Below are positions 1 through 10,282 of a stretch of 64,000 bases of DNA, one piece after another. The stretch covers positions 1 through 64,000 of the forward strand of contig JBFXLE010000007.1 in NCBI GenBank assembly GCA_050173015.1. Reading direction: 5' to 3'. The notes under the pieces were generated by a model. The model made no database searches. It saw nothing but the letters and a program-made list of their open reading frames with translations, and was not told the origin of the DNA. The number at the start of each line of letters is the position of its first letter. Within the stretch, counting starts at the first letter, position 1. The position numbers were made by a program, and so were the translations under genes. Source of the stretch: Calditrichaceae bacterium. Lineage in GTDB: Bacteria > Calditrichota > Calditrichia > Calditrichales > JBFXGD01.

Positions 1-41
1 TTAAATGCAAAAATATTTTTATGCTTTTTTACAAAAAAAAA

Positions 42-127
42 TCTGGTGACGACTTACTCTCCCGTCCCAGCCATAGGAACAGTACCATCAGCGCTGGCGG
101 GCTTAACTACTCTGTTCGGAATGGGAA
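42..127 (-). rRNA. rrf: 5S rRNA, partial: 3' ~86 nt only, the first ~30-35 nt are missing; no 23S rRNA upstream
   Basis: Minus strand reads UUCCCAUUCCGAACAGAGUAGUUAAGCCCGCCAGCGCUGAUGGUACUG...GGGAGAGUAAGUCGUCACCAGA, with the conserved 5S motifs (CCCAUUCCGAAC, GAUGGUACU, GGGAGAGUA), followed by a U-run. Similarity stops abruptly at 127/128. Confidence 0.9.
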
Positions 128-128
128 T

Positions 129-341
129 TAATTGAACCGTCGTTTTAGCGAATTGGCCAACCGTTTCTCATAAGGCTGTTCAATCAACAAATAAGGTGGA
201 TCACGATCTAATCAATACTTTTAATGATCTGTCTCAGGTGGAATTCAACCGAACCTTCGGTTTCGGTTATATCTACCCGTTTTCGCCAGGTAGGCGACAA
301 CAACAATTAGTTTCACCGCTAATATATGGTCCGCGTTGTTG
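129..341. ncRNA. Unclassified structured element (five consecutive stem-loops) abutting the 5S fragment
   Basis: Stems found by eye: 131-137/178-184, 194-203/225-234, 237-255/260-277 (possible cUUCGg loop), 283-287/293-297, and 298-304/335-341 with an inner 306-310/319-323. G-U pairs favour the + strand. Confidence 0.4.
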
Positions 342-366
342 GTACATCTTAATAGAATGAGAGTTA

Positions 367-1119
367 TTATCTAAAATATTCAACAAAATACAAGCGGATT
401 TCCCTGCTGGAATAGGGACGGTAATCCTGATTTTCCAAAATGTTCTTCCAAAGAAAATCAATATATAGTTTTTTCGCGAAGGACCATTTTACTCCGGCAT
501 TTAAATAGCCTTTTCCTGATCCAATACTATTGTCTTCGTTATCATTTATTGCTAAATCATATTCCCCGAAAATACTTAATTCATCATTGACGCTTTTCTC
601 AAACCCGAAGAATCCGTTGATATCCTTATCGCCGTCTTCATCTTCGAAACTGTAGTTTAGGCCGCCATGAAGGGCAAACACACCAAGAAAACGATAACTT
701 TTGCTAAATGTGGCAAATATGCCTCTTGATTTTTCAGTATAACGGCTCAGGGAATCTATGTAAGCCCCATTGCCCTGATTATCATACCCTATACTCACCG
801 CGGGAAAATTTAATTGCTCATCAAACAACCTGTAACGAATATTCACCCCTACCTGTGGATTCCAGTCAATCTCTCCCGCTCCGATTATATTCTTGCCTCC
901 GTAGGAAATTCCCATCATCAGTCGGTTCGTCAGACCAACTTCAATATTACCAAGTATTCCCCCCTCAGGATAGGCTCTCAATCCCGCCATAAAACTTCCC
1001 CGGTCCAGAGTTGCCGAAGTCGGACAATCAATAATAAAAATTGATTGAGCAGGTATAATTTCCTGAGTTTCTGCCGATGATACCAATAGAATCAGAAACA
1101 ATACAATAAACTTTTTCAT
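367..1119 (-). CDS. Exported hypothetical protein, probable outer-membrane beta-barrel (YjbH-like)
   Basis: Signal peptide MKKFIVLFLILLVSSAETQ from the ATG at 1119, then alternating amphipathic beta-strands. The ORF-track start at 1161 falls inside the predicted promoter. Confidence 0.65.
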   Translation of the reverse strand: MKKFIVLFLILLVSSAETQEIIPAQSIFIIDCPTSATLDRGSFMAGLRAYPEGGILGNIEVGLTNRLMMGISYGGKNIIGAGEIDWNPQVGVNIRYRLFDEQLNFPAVSIGYDNQGNGAYIDSLSRYTEKSRGIFATFSKSYRFLGVFALHGGLNYSFEDEDGDKDINGFFGFEKSVNDELSIFGEYDLAINDNEDNSIGSGKGYLNAGVKWSFAKKLYIDFLWKNILENQDYRPYSSREIRLYFVEYFR

Positions 1120-1151
1120 AGTCGGTTTCCTGTCAGTAAGTGGAACAAAAT

Positions 1152-1181
1152 AAGATAACATTCATACAAGATTATTGTCAA
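1152..1181 (-). promoter_or_regulatory. sigma70-type promoter for the 367..1119 gene
   Basis: TTGACA (1181-1176), 18-nt spacer, extended -10 TGnTATCTT (hexamer at 1157-1152). Confidence 0.55.
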
Positions 1182-1250
1182 GGTAATTACAGATGAAATT
1201 GACATTTTGCGGGTCCTGTGGAATTAACCGCCCTGGTCGATCGTTAGACC

Positions 1251-1279
1251 TTGACAGCCATTGGCGATTATCCTATATT
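1251..1279 (+). promoter_or_regulatory. sigma70-type promoter for clpC
   Basis: TTGACA-N17-TATATT about 50 nt upstream of the ATG at 1329. Confidence 0.65.
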
Positions 1280-1328
1280 TTGAAATGATGGGAACTCAAA
1301 AACCTAATATTGTAAGGAATTTTTAATA

Positions 1329-3794
1329 ATGGGAAATAATTTTACGAGCCGGGTGCAGAAAGTCATTCGATATTCTAAAGAAGAGGCTATGCGACTTGGA
1401 CATGATTATATAGGTACCGAACATCTGACTTTGGGAGTTATCAAGGAGGGTGAAGGAATCGCGATTAAAATATTGCAGAATCTTGGCTGCGATCTTAATA
1501 AACTGAAGAAGGCAATAGAGGATGCCACTGCCCCATCCGGCGGAACGATGACAATTGGCAATCTTCCCTTGTCAAAAAGAGCGGAAAAAGCTCTGAAGAT
1601 GACCTACATTGAGGCAAAGAATTTCAATAATGATGTAATAGGCACGGAACATTTACTGCTTTCCATCTTAAAAGAAAAAGACAGCCTTGCAGCACAGATT
1701 TTACTCACTTTTAATGTGGATTACGCGGCCTGTTACAATGAGTTAGAAAACATTTTATCAGGAAAGCCAACCATGCCGCAGCCAAAACAGGCACCCAAGA
1801 AGACCAAAACACCGGCTCTTGACCATTTCGGTCGTGATCTGACTCAACTGGCCATTGACGGAAAATTGGATCCCATTATTGGAAGACAAAATGAGATTCA
1901 GCGGGTTGCCCAGATCCTCAGCCGACGCAAGAAAAATAATCCCGTGCTTATAGGGGAACCGGGAGTCGGGAAAACAGCCATCGCCGAGGGGCTCGCTCTC
2001 AGAATCATTCAGAAAAAAGTGTCGCGTGTTTTACATAATAAACGTGTTGTGGCTCTTGACATGGGATCAATTGTCGCCGGTACAAAATATCGTGGTCAGT
2101 TCGAAGAACGTATGAAAGCAATTATGACAGAGTTGGAAAAAGCCGAGGATGTCATTCTTTTTATAGACGAATTGCACACCATTGTCGGCGCCGGTGGCGC
2201 ATCAGGCTCACTGGACGCGTCAAATATGTTCAAACCCGCCCTCGCCAGAGGTGAATTACAATGTATCGGTGCAACTACTCTTGATGAATACCGCATGTAT
2301 ATTGAGAAAGATGGCGCCCTTGAAAGACGTTTTCAAAAAGTAATGGTTGAACCTACAACCGCGGATGAGACACTCGAAATATTACGTTCTGTTAAAGACC
2401 GATACGAGAAACATCATCATGTGGAATATAATGATAATGCCATTGATTCAATTGTTCAGGCCGCGGACCGATATATTACAGATAAACACTTCCCTGATAA
2501 GGCGATCGATGTATTGGATGAAGCCGGCTCAAGAGTTCATATTGCCAATATCGTGGTTCCGAAGGAGATTCTTGATCTTGAAAGTGATATAGAGCGAATT
2601 CGCGCCGAGAAGGAATCCCTGGCAAAATTGCAGGATTTCGAGCGCGCTGCAAAACTTCGTGACAAAGAAAGAAATCTAACAGACAAGCTTGATGAAGCCC
2701 GTCTGCGTTGGGAAGATGCGGAAGAAAGCAAAATAGCCACTGTCACCGAGGAGGATGTCGCAGCCGTTGTCGCCATGATGACCGGAATCCCGACTCACCG
2801 CATCGCGATGAGTGAATCAAAAAAACTGCTTAAAATGGGTGAAACTCTTAAGAAAAAAATCATCGGTCAGGATGATGCCATTGAAAATATCGCAAAAGCA
2901 ATACGCAGAGCAAGAGCGGGTTTAAAAGATCCTTCCCGCCCTATCGGCTCTTTTATCTTTCTTGGGCCAACCGGAGTCGGGAAAACATATCTTGCTAAAT
3001 TACTGGCGGAATATCTTTTCGAAAACTCCAACGCGCTGGTCAGAATAGACATGAGTGAGTATATGGAGAAATTCAACGTTTCAAGGCTTGTGGGCTCACC
3101 TCCAGGATATGTTGGTTATGAAGAAGGCGGCCTTCTGACCGAAAAGATTCGCCGGCATCCTTATTCTGTAATCCTTTTGGATGAAATTGAAAAAGCTCAT
3201 CCAGACGTATTTAATATTTTGCTTCAGGTAATGGATGAAGGGCAGTTAACCGATTCACTAGGCCATAAAGTAGATTTTAAAAATACTATATTGATTATGA
3301 CATCCAACATTGGTGTTAAACACCTTAACAATATTTCAAGTTATGGATTTGCCAATACTGCCAATGAAAATAAATTTGATCTTATGAAAAACAAGATTTC
3401 CGATGAAATGAAAAAATCTTTCAATCCGGAATTTCTTAACCGCATAGATGATGTGGTAATATTCAGGCAGCTTGAAACAGATGAAGCTGTTAAAATAGTC
3501 GAAATCACATTAAACGAGGTCATGCATAAATTAAAAGAACGCAATATTGAATTTCAGCTGACCGACGGCGCAAAGAAATTTATTGCTGATAAAGGATTTG
3601 ACCCTTTATATGGAGCCCGGCCTTTAAAACGCGCCATCCAAAGATTCGTGGAGAATCCCATCGCGGACGAAATACTCAAAGGCACTTTTACCGATGGCAG
3701 TGTTATTCAAATTAAGCTAAAAAATAAAAATGAATTAAGTTTTTCTGAGATTGATCGCAAAGAAGGACAAACCAAAGATATAGAAGTCGATTAA
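1329..3794 (+). CDS. clpC: ATP-dependent Clp protease ATP-binding subunit ClpC
   Basis: Clp N-repeats (GTEHL x2), two AAA+ modules ([16 protein letters not shown]), UVR-like middle domain ([11 protein letters not shown]), SYGF ClpP-docking-type loop. Confidence 0.93.
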   Translation: MGNNFTSRVQKVIRYSKEEAMRLGHDYIGTEHLTLGVIKEGEGIAIKILQNLGCDLNKLKKAIEDATAPSGGTMTIGNLPLSKRAEKALKMTYIEAKNFNNDVIGTEHLLLSILKEKDSLAAQILLTFNVDYAACYNELENILSGKPTMPQPKQAPKKTKTPALDHFGRDLTQLAIDGKLDPIIGRQNEIQRVAQILSRRKKNNPVLIGEPGVGKTAIAEGLALRIIQKKVSRVLHNKRVVALDMGSIVAGTKYRGQFEERMKAIMTELEKAEDVILFIDELHTIVGAGGASGSLDASNMFKPALARGELQCIGATTLDEYRMYIEKDGALERRFQKVMVEPTTADETLEILRSVKDRYEKHHHVEYNDNAIDSIVQAADRYITDKHFPDKAIDVLDEAGSRVHIANIVVPKEILDLESDIERIRAEKESLAKLQDFERAAKLRDKERNLTDKLDEARLRWEDAEESKIATVTEEDVAAVVAMMTGIPTHRIAMSESKKLLKMGETLKKKIIGQDDAIENIAKAIRRARAGLKDPSRPIGSFIFLGPTGVGKTYLAKLLAEYLFENSNALVRIDMSEYMEKFNVSRLVGSPPGYVGYEEGGLLTEKIRRHPYSVILLDEIEKAHPDVFNILLQVMDEGQLTDSLGHKVDFKNTILIMTSNIGVKHLNNISSYGFANTANENKFDLMKNKISDEMKKSFNPEFLNRIDDVVIFRQLETDEAVKIVEITLNEVMHKLKERNIEFQLTDGAKKFIADKGFDPLYGARPLKRAIQRFVENPIADEILKGTFTDGSVIQIKLKNKNELSFSEIDRKEGQTKDIEVD

Positions 3795-3815
3795 TTCTCC
3801 GAAATATCCTTTCAC

Positions 3816-3850
3816 AGCCCGGGTGATTTTTCACTTGGGCTTTTTTGTTT
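3816..3850 (+). terminator. Rho-independent terminator after clpC
   Basis: AGCCCGGGTGA-tttt-TCACTTGGGCT followed by a T-run. Confidence 0.85.
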
Positions 3851-3965
3851 TTAGAGGTATATTCCGAGGCAGCGTAAAAGTTATTTAAATGACTTTTACT
3901 TGTTTAACAGACATTTAAAACGCAAACAACGATTTAGTTTATTTTGACCTTCTCAAGGAGCGTTT

Positions 3966-5345
3966 ATGGATTTAAAACTGGATTATTCCAATACTCTGGC
4001 TGATAATATTATGGACAAGCACGGATTATCTATAAGCGAAATTGAAGCGCTTACATCTTCCGGAAAAGATATATTGACAAGATTAAGAAAACAAGCTAAT
4101 GACTCCAGCCTGGGATTTTATAAACTTCACGAGCAAACCGATGTCCTGACCGAAATCGAGTCCTATGCCCAGGTTGTGCGCAGCCGGTTCAAAAATTATG
4201 TTCATATCGGAATCGGTGGTTCGGCGCTCGGCCCAATCGCCCTGCAAACATCATTGCTTGATTCTTACTACAATTTCAACAGCGAACCAAGAATGTTTTT
4301 CCCTGATAATGTGGATCCCGACTGGCTTGATGATCTGGCAAAAACAATAGATGTATCTAAAACCCTTTTTCATGTCGTTTCCAAATCCGGTGGCACTGCC
4401 GAAACGGCCGCGACCTCCCTTTATTTTATGGAGTTTCTGACAGAAAAACTTGGCGATAACTTCTATAAGAATCTTTTGTTTACAACAGATCCCGTCAAAG
4501 GCCTGCTGAATCAGATTGCCCGCGAATATCCCATCAAATGTTTTAGAATTCCACCGGGTGTGGGCGGGAGATTTTCGGTGCTCTCCCCTGTCGGTCTTAT
4601 CTCGGCGGCAATCGCGGGGATCGATATCCGCAAATTATTAGCCGGCGCTGCGGAAATGGCGTCTAAATGCGACAACGATAATTTAATGGAAAATCCCGCT
4701 TATATCTACGCCGCGATCCATTACCTCTACATGAAGAGAGGGAAAAATATCAGCGTAATGATGCCTTACAGCAATAAATTGAGGGATCTCGCCGATTGGT
4801 ACCGACAAATCTGGGCTGAAAGTCTTGGAAAACGGTATAATCTGAACGGAGAGGTTGTTGAGACCGGTCAGACCCCCGTGAAAGCGTTGGGCGCGACAGA
4901 CCAGCATTCACAGGTCCAGCTATATGTGGAAGGTCCAAACGACAAGGTTTTTTCTTTTTTAGAAGTCGAAAATTTTAAAAATAACCTCACGCTTCAAAAT
5001 CATTTTACGTATATCAGCGAGTTCGACTATTTTGAGGGAAAGTCCCTGGGAGAACTCCTCAATTCCGAAAAGCGCGCGACTGAACTGGCGCTATCAAATA
5101 ATGAGCGGCCGAACCTGACAATAAAATTTTCTGAAGTCAGTGAGGAGAACATCGGCGCGTTTCTGTTCCTTCTGGAAGCCGCTACCGCTTTTGCCGGAGG
5201 CCTGTTAAATATAAACGCTTTCGATCAGCCGGGCGTGGAGGAAGGTAAGATCGCGACATACGCGTTGATGGGACGCAAAGGGTATGAGCAGAAAAAGAAG
5301 GATATTGAAAGCCTGTTAGGAAAAAAGAAACTTTATCAAATCTGA
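3966..5345 (+). CDS. pgi: Glucose-6-phosphate isomerase
   Basis: GIGGS, SKSGGTAET, VGGRFSV, QIWAESLGK, DQHS and FDQPGVEEGK motifs. Confidence 0.95.
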   Translation: MDLKLDYSNTLADNIMDKHGLSISEIEALTSSGKDILTRLRKQANDSSLGFYKLHEQTDVLTEIESYAQVVRSRFKNYVHIGIGGSALGPIALQTSLLDSYYNFNSEPRMFFPDNVDPDWLDDLAKTIDVSKTLFHVVSKSGGTAETAATSLYFMEFLTEKLGDNFYKNLLFTTDPVKGLLNQIAREYPIKCFRIPPGVGGRFSVLSPVGLISAAIAGIDIRKLLAGAAEMASKCDNDNLMENPAYIYAAIHYLYMKRGKNISVMMPYSNKLRDLADWYRQIWAESLGKRYNLNGEVVETGQTPVKALGATDQHSQVQLYVEGPNDKVFSFLEVENFKNNLTLQNHFTYISEFDYFEGKSLGELLNSEKRATELALSNNERPNLTIKFSEVSEENIGAFLFLLEAATAFAGGLLNINAFDQPGVEEGKIATYALMGRKGYEQKKKDIESLLGKKKLYQI

Positions 5346-5354
5346 TTCATTTTT

Positions 5355-5387
5355 ATGGGTTTAGCGGACTATTCCACTAAACCCATT
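5355..5387 (+). terminator. Hairpin after pgi (possible terminator)
   Basis: ATGGGTTTAG...CTAAACCCAT 10-bp inverted repeat; poor U-tail. Confidence 0.45.
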
Positions 5388-5623
5388 CAAATTGATAGAA
5401 ATTTTCCATTTTTCCCGAAATACTTATGGATGGTCACGGATTCAATTAAAAATAGTAATTATATTATCACTACATCTGTCACTTCAATTTTGTTACTTTT
5501 CATTTTGTATTGGGAATTGAATCGATACAAATTCGGAATTATTTGATTCTCTTTCATGTTTTACCGATATTTCGCAGTCAATATTAACAATTATGATCGA
5601 ATAACAAATAAAAGGAGTTCATT

Positions 5624-6463
5624 ATGGCCCACATTGTGCCGGATAAAAAAAAGGATTATGCGATCATTTTGGGCGCTTCCAGCGGTTTTGGTGAAGCGGT
5701 ATCTCTTGAACTTGCCGGTAATGGATTCAACATAATAGGAATTCATATGGATCGCGGCAGTGGTCTTAAAAAAGTGGAACAGATTAAACGGCAGATTACC
5801 GATTTCGGGGTAGAAGCTTTATTTTTTAACATTAATGCCGCATCGGAAAAAAACCGTGAAGAAGTGATCCAATCCGTTCAGTCACATTTTTCGGACACCG
5901 GTTCTGATAAAAAAATTAAAGTTCTGCTGCATTCCCTCGCCTTCGGATCCCTGGCGCCTTTCATTCATAACAACCCAAAAGACCGCCTTACGCAGAAACA
6001 GATGGAAATGACATTGAATGTGATGGCACACAGTCTCATTTACTGGACACAGGATTTATTCCATAATGATCTCCTCGGTAAAGGCACAAAAATTTTTGCC
6101 ATGACCAGTTCCGGATCCAGCAGAGTGATTCCTTTTTACGGAGCCGTATCCGCCGCGAAAGCTGCTCTTGAATCTCATATTCGTCAGCTGGCGCTCGAAC
6201 TCGCGCCCTTTGCGATGACCGCCAATGCCATCCGGGCCGGTGTTACTTATACTCCCGCCCTGAGGAAGATCCCCGGGCATGAAACGATGATCGATCTGGC
6301 GTTAAGCCAAATTCCGTTCAAAAGACTTACCCAGCCGTTAGATATCGCGAAATTCATTTCATCATTAGTGACCTCCGATGAATTATGGGCCACGGGTAAC
6401 ATCTTCAACGTGGATGGCGGAGAAATGATCTCAGCTTACCATTCAACTTTCACTCAAAAGTAA
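5624..6463 (+). CDS. SDR family oxidoreductase, enoyl-ACP reductase (FabL/FabI-like)
   Basis: LGASSGFG Rossmann motif and YGAVSAAK (YxxxxxxK) catalytic motif typical of enoyl reductases. Confidence 0.75.
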   Translation: MAHIVPDKKKDYAIILGASSGFGEAVSLELAGNGFNIIGIHMDRGSGLKKVEQIKRQITDFGVEALFFNINAASEKNREEVIQSVQSHFSDTGSDKKIKVLLHSLAFGSLAPFIHNNPKDRLTQKQMEMTLNVMAHSLIYWTQDLFHNDLLGKGTKIFAMTSSGSSRVIPFYGAVSAAKAALESHIRQLALELAPFAMTANAIRAGVTYTPALRKIPGHETMIDLALSQIPFKRLTQPLDIAKFISSLVTSDELWATGNIFNVDGGEMISAYHSTFTQK

Positions 6464-6483
6464 ACCTGTTAAACATATCTGAT

Positions 6484-6519
6484 AAAGCCCGATCCGTTCT
6501 ACGACCGGGCTTTTTTTTT
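6484..6519 (+). terminator. Rho-independent terminator
   Basis: AAAGCCCG...CGGGCTTT followed by a long T-run. Confidence 0.8.
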
Positions 6520-6616
6520 CAATAAAATATGAAGTTGTAAAATAAATTCGATTTCTTTAAATTAATTTACACAGAATTTTCAATTTGATATCAACCGTAT
6601 CAAAATAGGAATTATC

Positions 6617-7507
6617 ATGAGTTATCATTCCATTGTGTTTGTAAAACAGGTGCCTGATACAGCTAATATTTCCGGGCAGGTTATGAAGCCCGATGGCACT
6701 GTGAACAGGGCTAAACTTCCTGCTATCTTCAATCCCGAAGACAGGGTCGCTTTAGAATTAGCCCTTCAGTTGCGTGACAGATTCGGCGGCAAAGTAACAG
6801 CGATTTCGATGGGTCCGCCAAAAGCTTCGGAACTTCTGCGCGAATGTCTTTATATGGGCGCTGATGAGGTGTATTTAATCAGTGATCGAAAATTCGCCGG
6901 AGCGGATACACTGGCGACTTCCTATGTTCTGAGTGAAGCCGTGAAAAAAATCGGGAATTATGATTTTATTTTCGCCGGAAGACAGGCCATTGACGGAGAT
7001 ACAGCCCAGGTAGGTCCTCAGACAGCGGAAAAACTGGGTATTCCGCAGATTACCTATGCGGAGGAGATTATTGATCTTCAGAAAAACAAGCTTACAATAA
7101 AAAGAAAAATTGATGGCGGCTTTGAAATACTTGAGAGTAAAACCCCGGTTCTGATTACGGTGATAAAAGATGCGGCGCAGCCCCGCCCTTTTAAAGCCAG
7201 ACGAGTTATGGCCTATAAAAATGCGCGCTCTCTCATGGAGTTGGAAAAAATGACTGAGTCCAACTCGCTTCTTTATATAGATGACCTCAGAGAAGAATAC
7301 ATTACCGAAAAATTGTACATTCCTACTCTGACAATGGATGATCTTGATGTGGATCCTGATCGCTGCGGATTAAACGGTTCACCGACAAAAGTGCATAAGG
7401 TGGAATCGGTTGTCCTCGCCGGAGGAACACATGAAAAGATTGATCCGACTAAAGACGGCATGAACCGTCTGGTTGACAAATTAATGGAAGATCATATTCT
7501 GGGATAA
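6617..7507 (+). CDS. etfB: Electron transfer flavoprotein beta subunit (FixA/EtfB)
   Basis: VKQVPD, NPED, GADTLATS, GRQAIDGDTAQVGP. Confidence 0.93.
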   Translation: MSYHSIVFVKQVPDTANISGQVMKPDGTVNRAKLPAIFNPEDRVALELALQLRDRFGGKVTAISMGPPKASELLRECLYMGADEVYLISDRKFAGADTLATSYVLSEAVKKIGNYDFIFAGRQAIDGDTAQVGPQTAEKLGIPQITYAEEIIDLQKNKLTIKRKIDGGFEILESKTPVLITVIKDAAQPRPFKARRVMAYKNARSLMELEKMTESNSLLYIDDLREEYITEKLYIPTLTMDDLDVDPDRCGLNGSPTKVHKVESVVLAGGTHEKIDPTKDGMNRLVDKLMEDHILG

Positions 7508-7518
7508 AGGTTTGACTT

Positions 7519-8535
7519 ATGAACAAATCAAACGAAGTATGGGTATTTGTAGAGCAGCGCTCGGGTAAACCTGCTGACGTAAGCTTTGAACTGTTGTCCA
7601 AAGGCAGAAAACTCGCAGACCGGTTGAAAGGTACCCTGAAGTCTGTAGTCATCGGCGAAAAAATGGAAAACGTCGCCAAAGAATGTTTTAAGTACGGCGC
7701 AAAAGAAGTACTTCTGGTGGATCATCCCGGTTTACGGGACTACAAAACGATGCCGTACAGTAGAATCATGAGCGGACTTATAGACGAACATAAGCCAAGG
7801 ATCGTACTGTTTGGCGCGACATTTATTGGAAGAGATCTTGCTCCCCGCGTCGCATCATTCACCAAAAGCGGTCTGACTGCTGACTGTACCGATCTTCAAA
7901 TATCAGATGTCACGTACCTTAGAAATGAATTCAAAGACCTGCTGCTTCAGATTCGTCCCGCTTTTGGCGGAAATATTATCGCCACCATCATTACTCCCGA
8001 TACAGAAGTTCAAATGGCCACTGTACGCGAAGGTGTGATGGAAATGTCCCCTCTGAATAAACCGGTCAACGGTCGAATTGTAAATATTGAATATAAGCCC
8101 TCAGATATCGATGATCTGATCAGGATTGTTGAAAGACATCATGAAGAAAATAAAATAAATCTGAAAGCGGCTCCGATCATTGTCGCCGGAGGCTACGGGA
8201 TTGGTTCCAAAGAGCAATTCAAACTGATACACGATCTGGCCAATGTTCTGGGTGGTGAAGTCGCGGGCAGCCGGGCGGCTGTAGATGCCGGATTCATTCT
8301 TCCCGAGAGACAGGTCGGCCAGACCGGTGTCACGGTGCGGCCAAAACTGTATATCGCATGCGGTATATCCGGCGCCATTCAGCACAGAGCCGGCATGCAG
8401 GAAGCAAATAAAATCATCGCGATCAATACCGACCCGGAAGCGCCGATATTTGACATCTGTCATTACGGTATTGTTGGGGACGCGGCGCAGGTTATTCCCA
8501 TGCTTATCGACGCCTATAAGCATAAATTAAAATAG
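7519..8535 (+). CDS. etfA: Electron transfer flavoprotein alpha subunit (FixB/EtfA)
   Basis: GLTADCT, RPAFGGN, QVGQTG, GISGAIQH, AINTD. Confidence 0.93.
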   Translation: MNKSNEVWVFVEQRSGKPADVSFELLSKGRKLADRLKGTLKSVVIGEKMENVAKECFKYGAKEVLLVDHPGLRDYKTMPYSRIMSGLIDEHKPRIVLFGATFIGRDLAPRVASFTKSGLTADCTDLQISDVTYLRNEFKDLLLQIRPAFGGNIIATIITPDTEVQMATVREGVMEMSPLNKPVNGRIVNIEYKPSDIDDLIRIVERHHEENKINLKAAPIIVAGGYGIGSKEQFKLIHDLANVLGGEVAGSRAAVDAGFILPERQVGQTGVTVRPKLYIACGISGAIQHRAGMQEANKIIAINTDPEAPIFDICHYGIVGDAAQVIPMLIDAYKHKLK

Positions 8536-8543
8536 AGGATATC

Positions 8544-10265
8544 ATGTCTAATTTTTTCACAGAAAACACTGATTTGCTCTTTCAATTTGATCAATTAAAT
8601 ATCGAAGAAATCGTCGCGATCACCGAAAACAATTTCGAACAGGCAAAAAATTTTAATTATGCTCCGAAAGATTATCAGGACGCAATTGATAATTATAAAA
8701 AAATATTGGAAATCGTCGGGGATATCGCCGGCAATTTTGTCGCTCCCCGAGCCGCTGAAGTTGACATTGATGAAGCGCAAATTGTTAACGGCAAGGTAGT
8801 TTACGCGAAGGGAACCCGTGAAGCGCTTGATCAACTTTCAAAAGCGGAATTGATGGGTGTGACTCTGCCGCGTGAGTATGGCGGTCTGAATTTTCCCACG
8901 ACAATTTATATCATGGCCATTGAGATGATATCCCGGGCCGACGCGTCTTTAATGAATTTATTCGGCCTCCAGGATATCTCTGAGACTGTCAACAAATTTG
9001 GCGATGAAGATCAAAAAAAAGAATTTCTTCCCCAATTCTCCAGCGGAAAGAGCACGGGGGCCATGGTGTTAACTGAACCGGACGCGGGTTCAGATCTACA
9101 GGCGGTGAAACTGCAGGCATACCAGGATGAACAAGGGAACTGGTTTTTACGGGGAGTGAAACGTTTCATCACAAACGGCGGCGGAGATATTCTTCTCGTC
9201 CTGGCCCGTTCGGAACCGGCCACCAAAGACGGACGCGGACTAAGTCTTTTCGTCTGTTACGGAGGCGATAAAGTTAAAGTCCGACGCATCGAACATAAGC
9301 TGGGCATTCATGGTTCCCCGACGTGTGAACTGCAGTTTAATGACACGCCCGCGCAATTGATCGGTAAAAGAAAATTTGGTCTGATTAAATATGTAATGGA
9401 TCTGATGAACGGCGCGCGTCTTGGAGTCGCTGCCCAGGCTTTGGGGATTTCACAGGCCGCTTATGAAGAGGCTTTGAAATATGCCCGCGCCCGGGAACAA
9501 TTCGGTCAGGCCATTTACAATATTCCTGTCGTGACCAATATGCTGATTGATATGCGCGTTTCTCTCGAAACAAACCGTTCCCTGCTTTACTCGACATCCA
9601 AATGGGTCGATCTTCGGAATAAACTCGAGGAACATATTGAGCGTCTCAAAGCGGATGGGAAACCTTTTACCGATGAATCCGCCCGTTTTAAGGATGCGTC
9701 CAAAATTGCGGCCCTTCTCACCCCTATGACCAAATACGTGCTTTCGGAAGCCGCGAATAAGATCGCTTATGATTCTCTTCAAATACATGGCGGAGCCGGT
9801 TATATGAGGGAGTTCAGCGTTGAAAGACTTGTGCGGGATGCCAGAATTACAAATATCTACGAAGGTACTTCCCAGTTGCAGATCGTCGCGGCAACCGGTG
9901 GCGTGATCAATGATATACTGGCCGACTATTTCTCCGGTAAGGAAGAAAAATCCTATAAAGGAAATTTGACCCGTCTTGCTGATTATTTAAAACAAATTCG
10001 TGAAATATTCCTGGAAAGCCTTAAATATGTTTCTGATAAAAATGATAAATATTACCAGGATGTCGCCGCGAAAGAGCTGGTTGAATTGTACAGTTATCTT
10101 TTTGTAGGTTATCTGGTCCTTGATGAAGCTGAAATTAATCCCAAAAAGGTATTCATCGCCAACCGCTATATTGTGAGCGCCCTTGCAAATGCCAGAAAAA
10201 ACGCGGACTCGATAAAAAACGAACAGTTTTCTGATTTACTCCACGCGGATGAAATACTATCCTGA
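8544..10265 (+). CDS. Acyl-CoA dehydrogenase family protein with C-terminal extension
   Basis: MVLTEPDAGSD, KRFITNG, KLGIHGSPT, QIHGGAGY, IYEGT; co-transcribed with etfBA. Confidence 0.92.
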   Translation: MSNFFTENTDLLFQFDQLNIEEIVAITENNFEQAKNFNYAPKDYQDAIDNYKKILEIVGDIAGNFVAPRAAEVDIDEAQIVNGKVVYAKGTREALDQLSKAELMGVTLPREYGGLNFPTTIYIMAIEMISRADASLMNLFGLQDISETVNKFGDEDQKKEFLPQFSSGKSTGAMVLTEPDAGSDLQAVKLQAYQDEQGNWFLRGVKRFITNGGGDILLVLARSEPATKDGRGLSLFVCYGGDKVKVRRIEHKLGIHGSPTCELQFNDTPAQLIGKRKFGLIKYVMDLMNGARLGVAAQALGISQAAYEEALKYARAREQFGQAIYNIPVVTNMLIDMRVSLETNRSLLYSTSKWVDLRNKLEEHIERLKADGKPFTDESARFKDASKIAALLTPMTKYVLSEAANKIAYDSLQIHGGAGYMREFSVERLVRDARITNIYEGTSQLQIVAATGGVINDILADYFSGKEEKSYKGNLTRLADYLKQIREIFLESLKYVSDKNDKYYQDVAAKELVELYSYLFVGYLVLDEAEINPKKVFIANRYIVSALANARKNADSIKNEQFSDLLHADEILS

Positions 10266-10282
10266 ATGATGCGGACTGAATA

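Noticed and set aside
128-366. tmRNA, RNase P, SRP or 6S identity for the structured block
   Set aside because: It lacks tRNA-like ends, GAGGAAAGUCC, the SRP loop motif and 6S end-to-end pairing.
5355-5546. 63-aa ORF after pgi
   Set aside because: It starts inside a terminator-like hairpin, has no SD and spans AT-rich promoter-like sequence.
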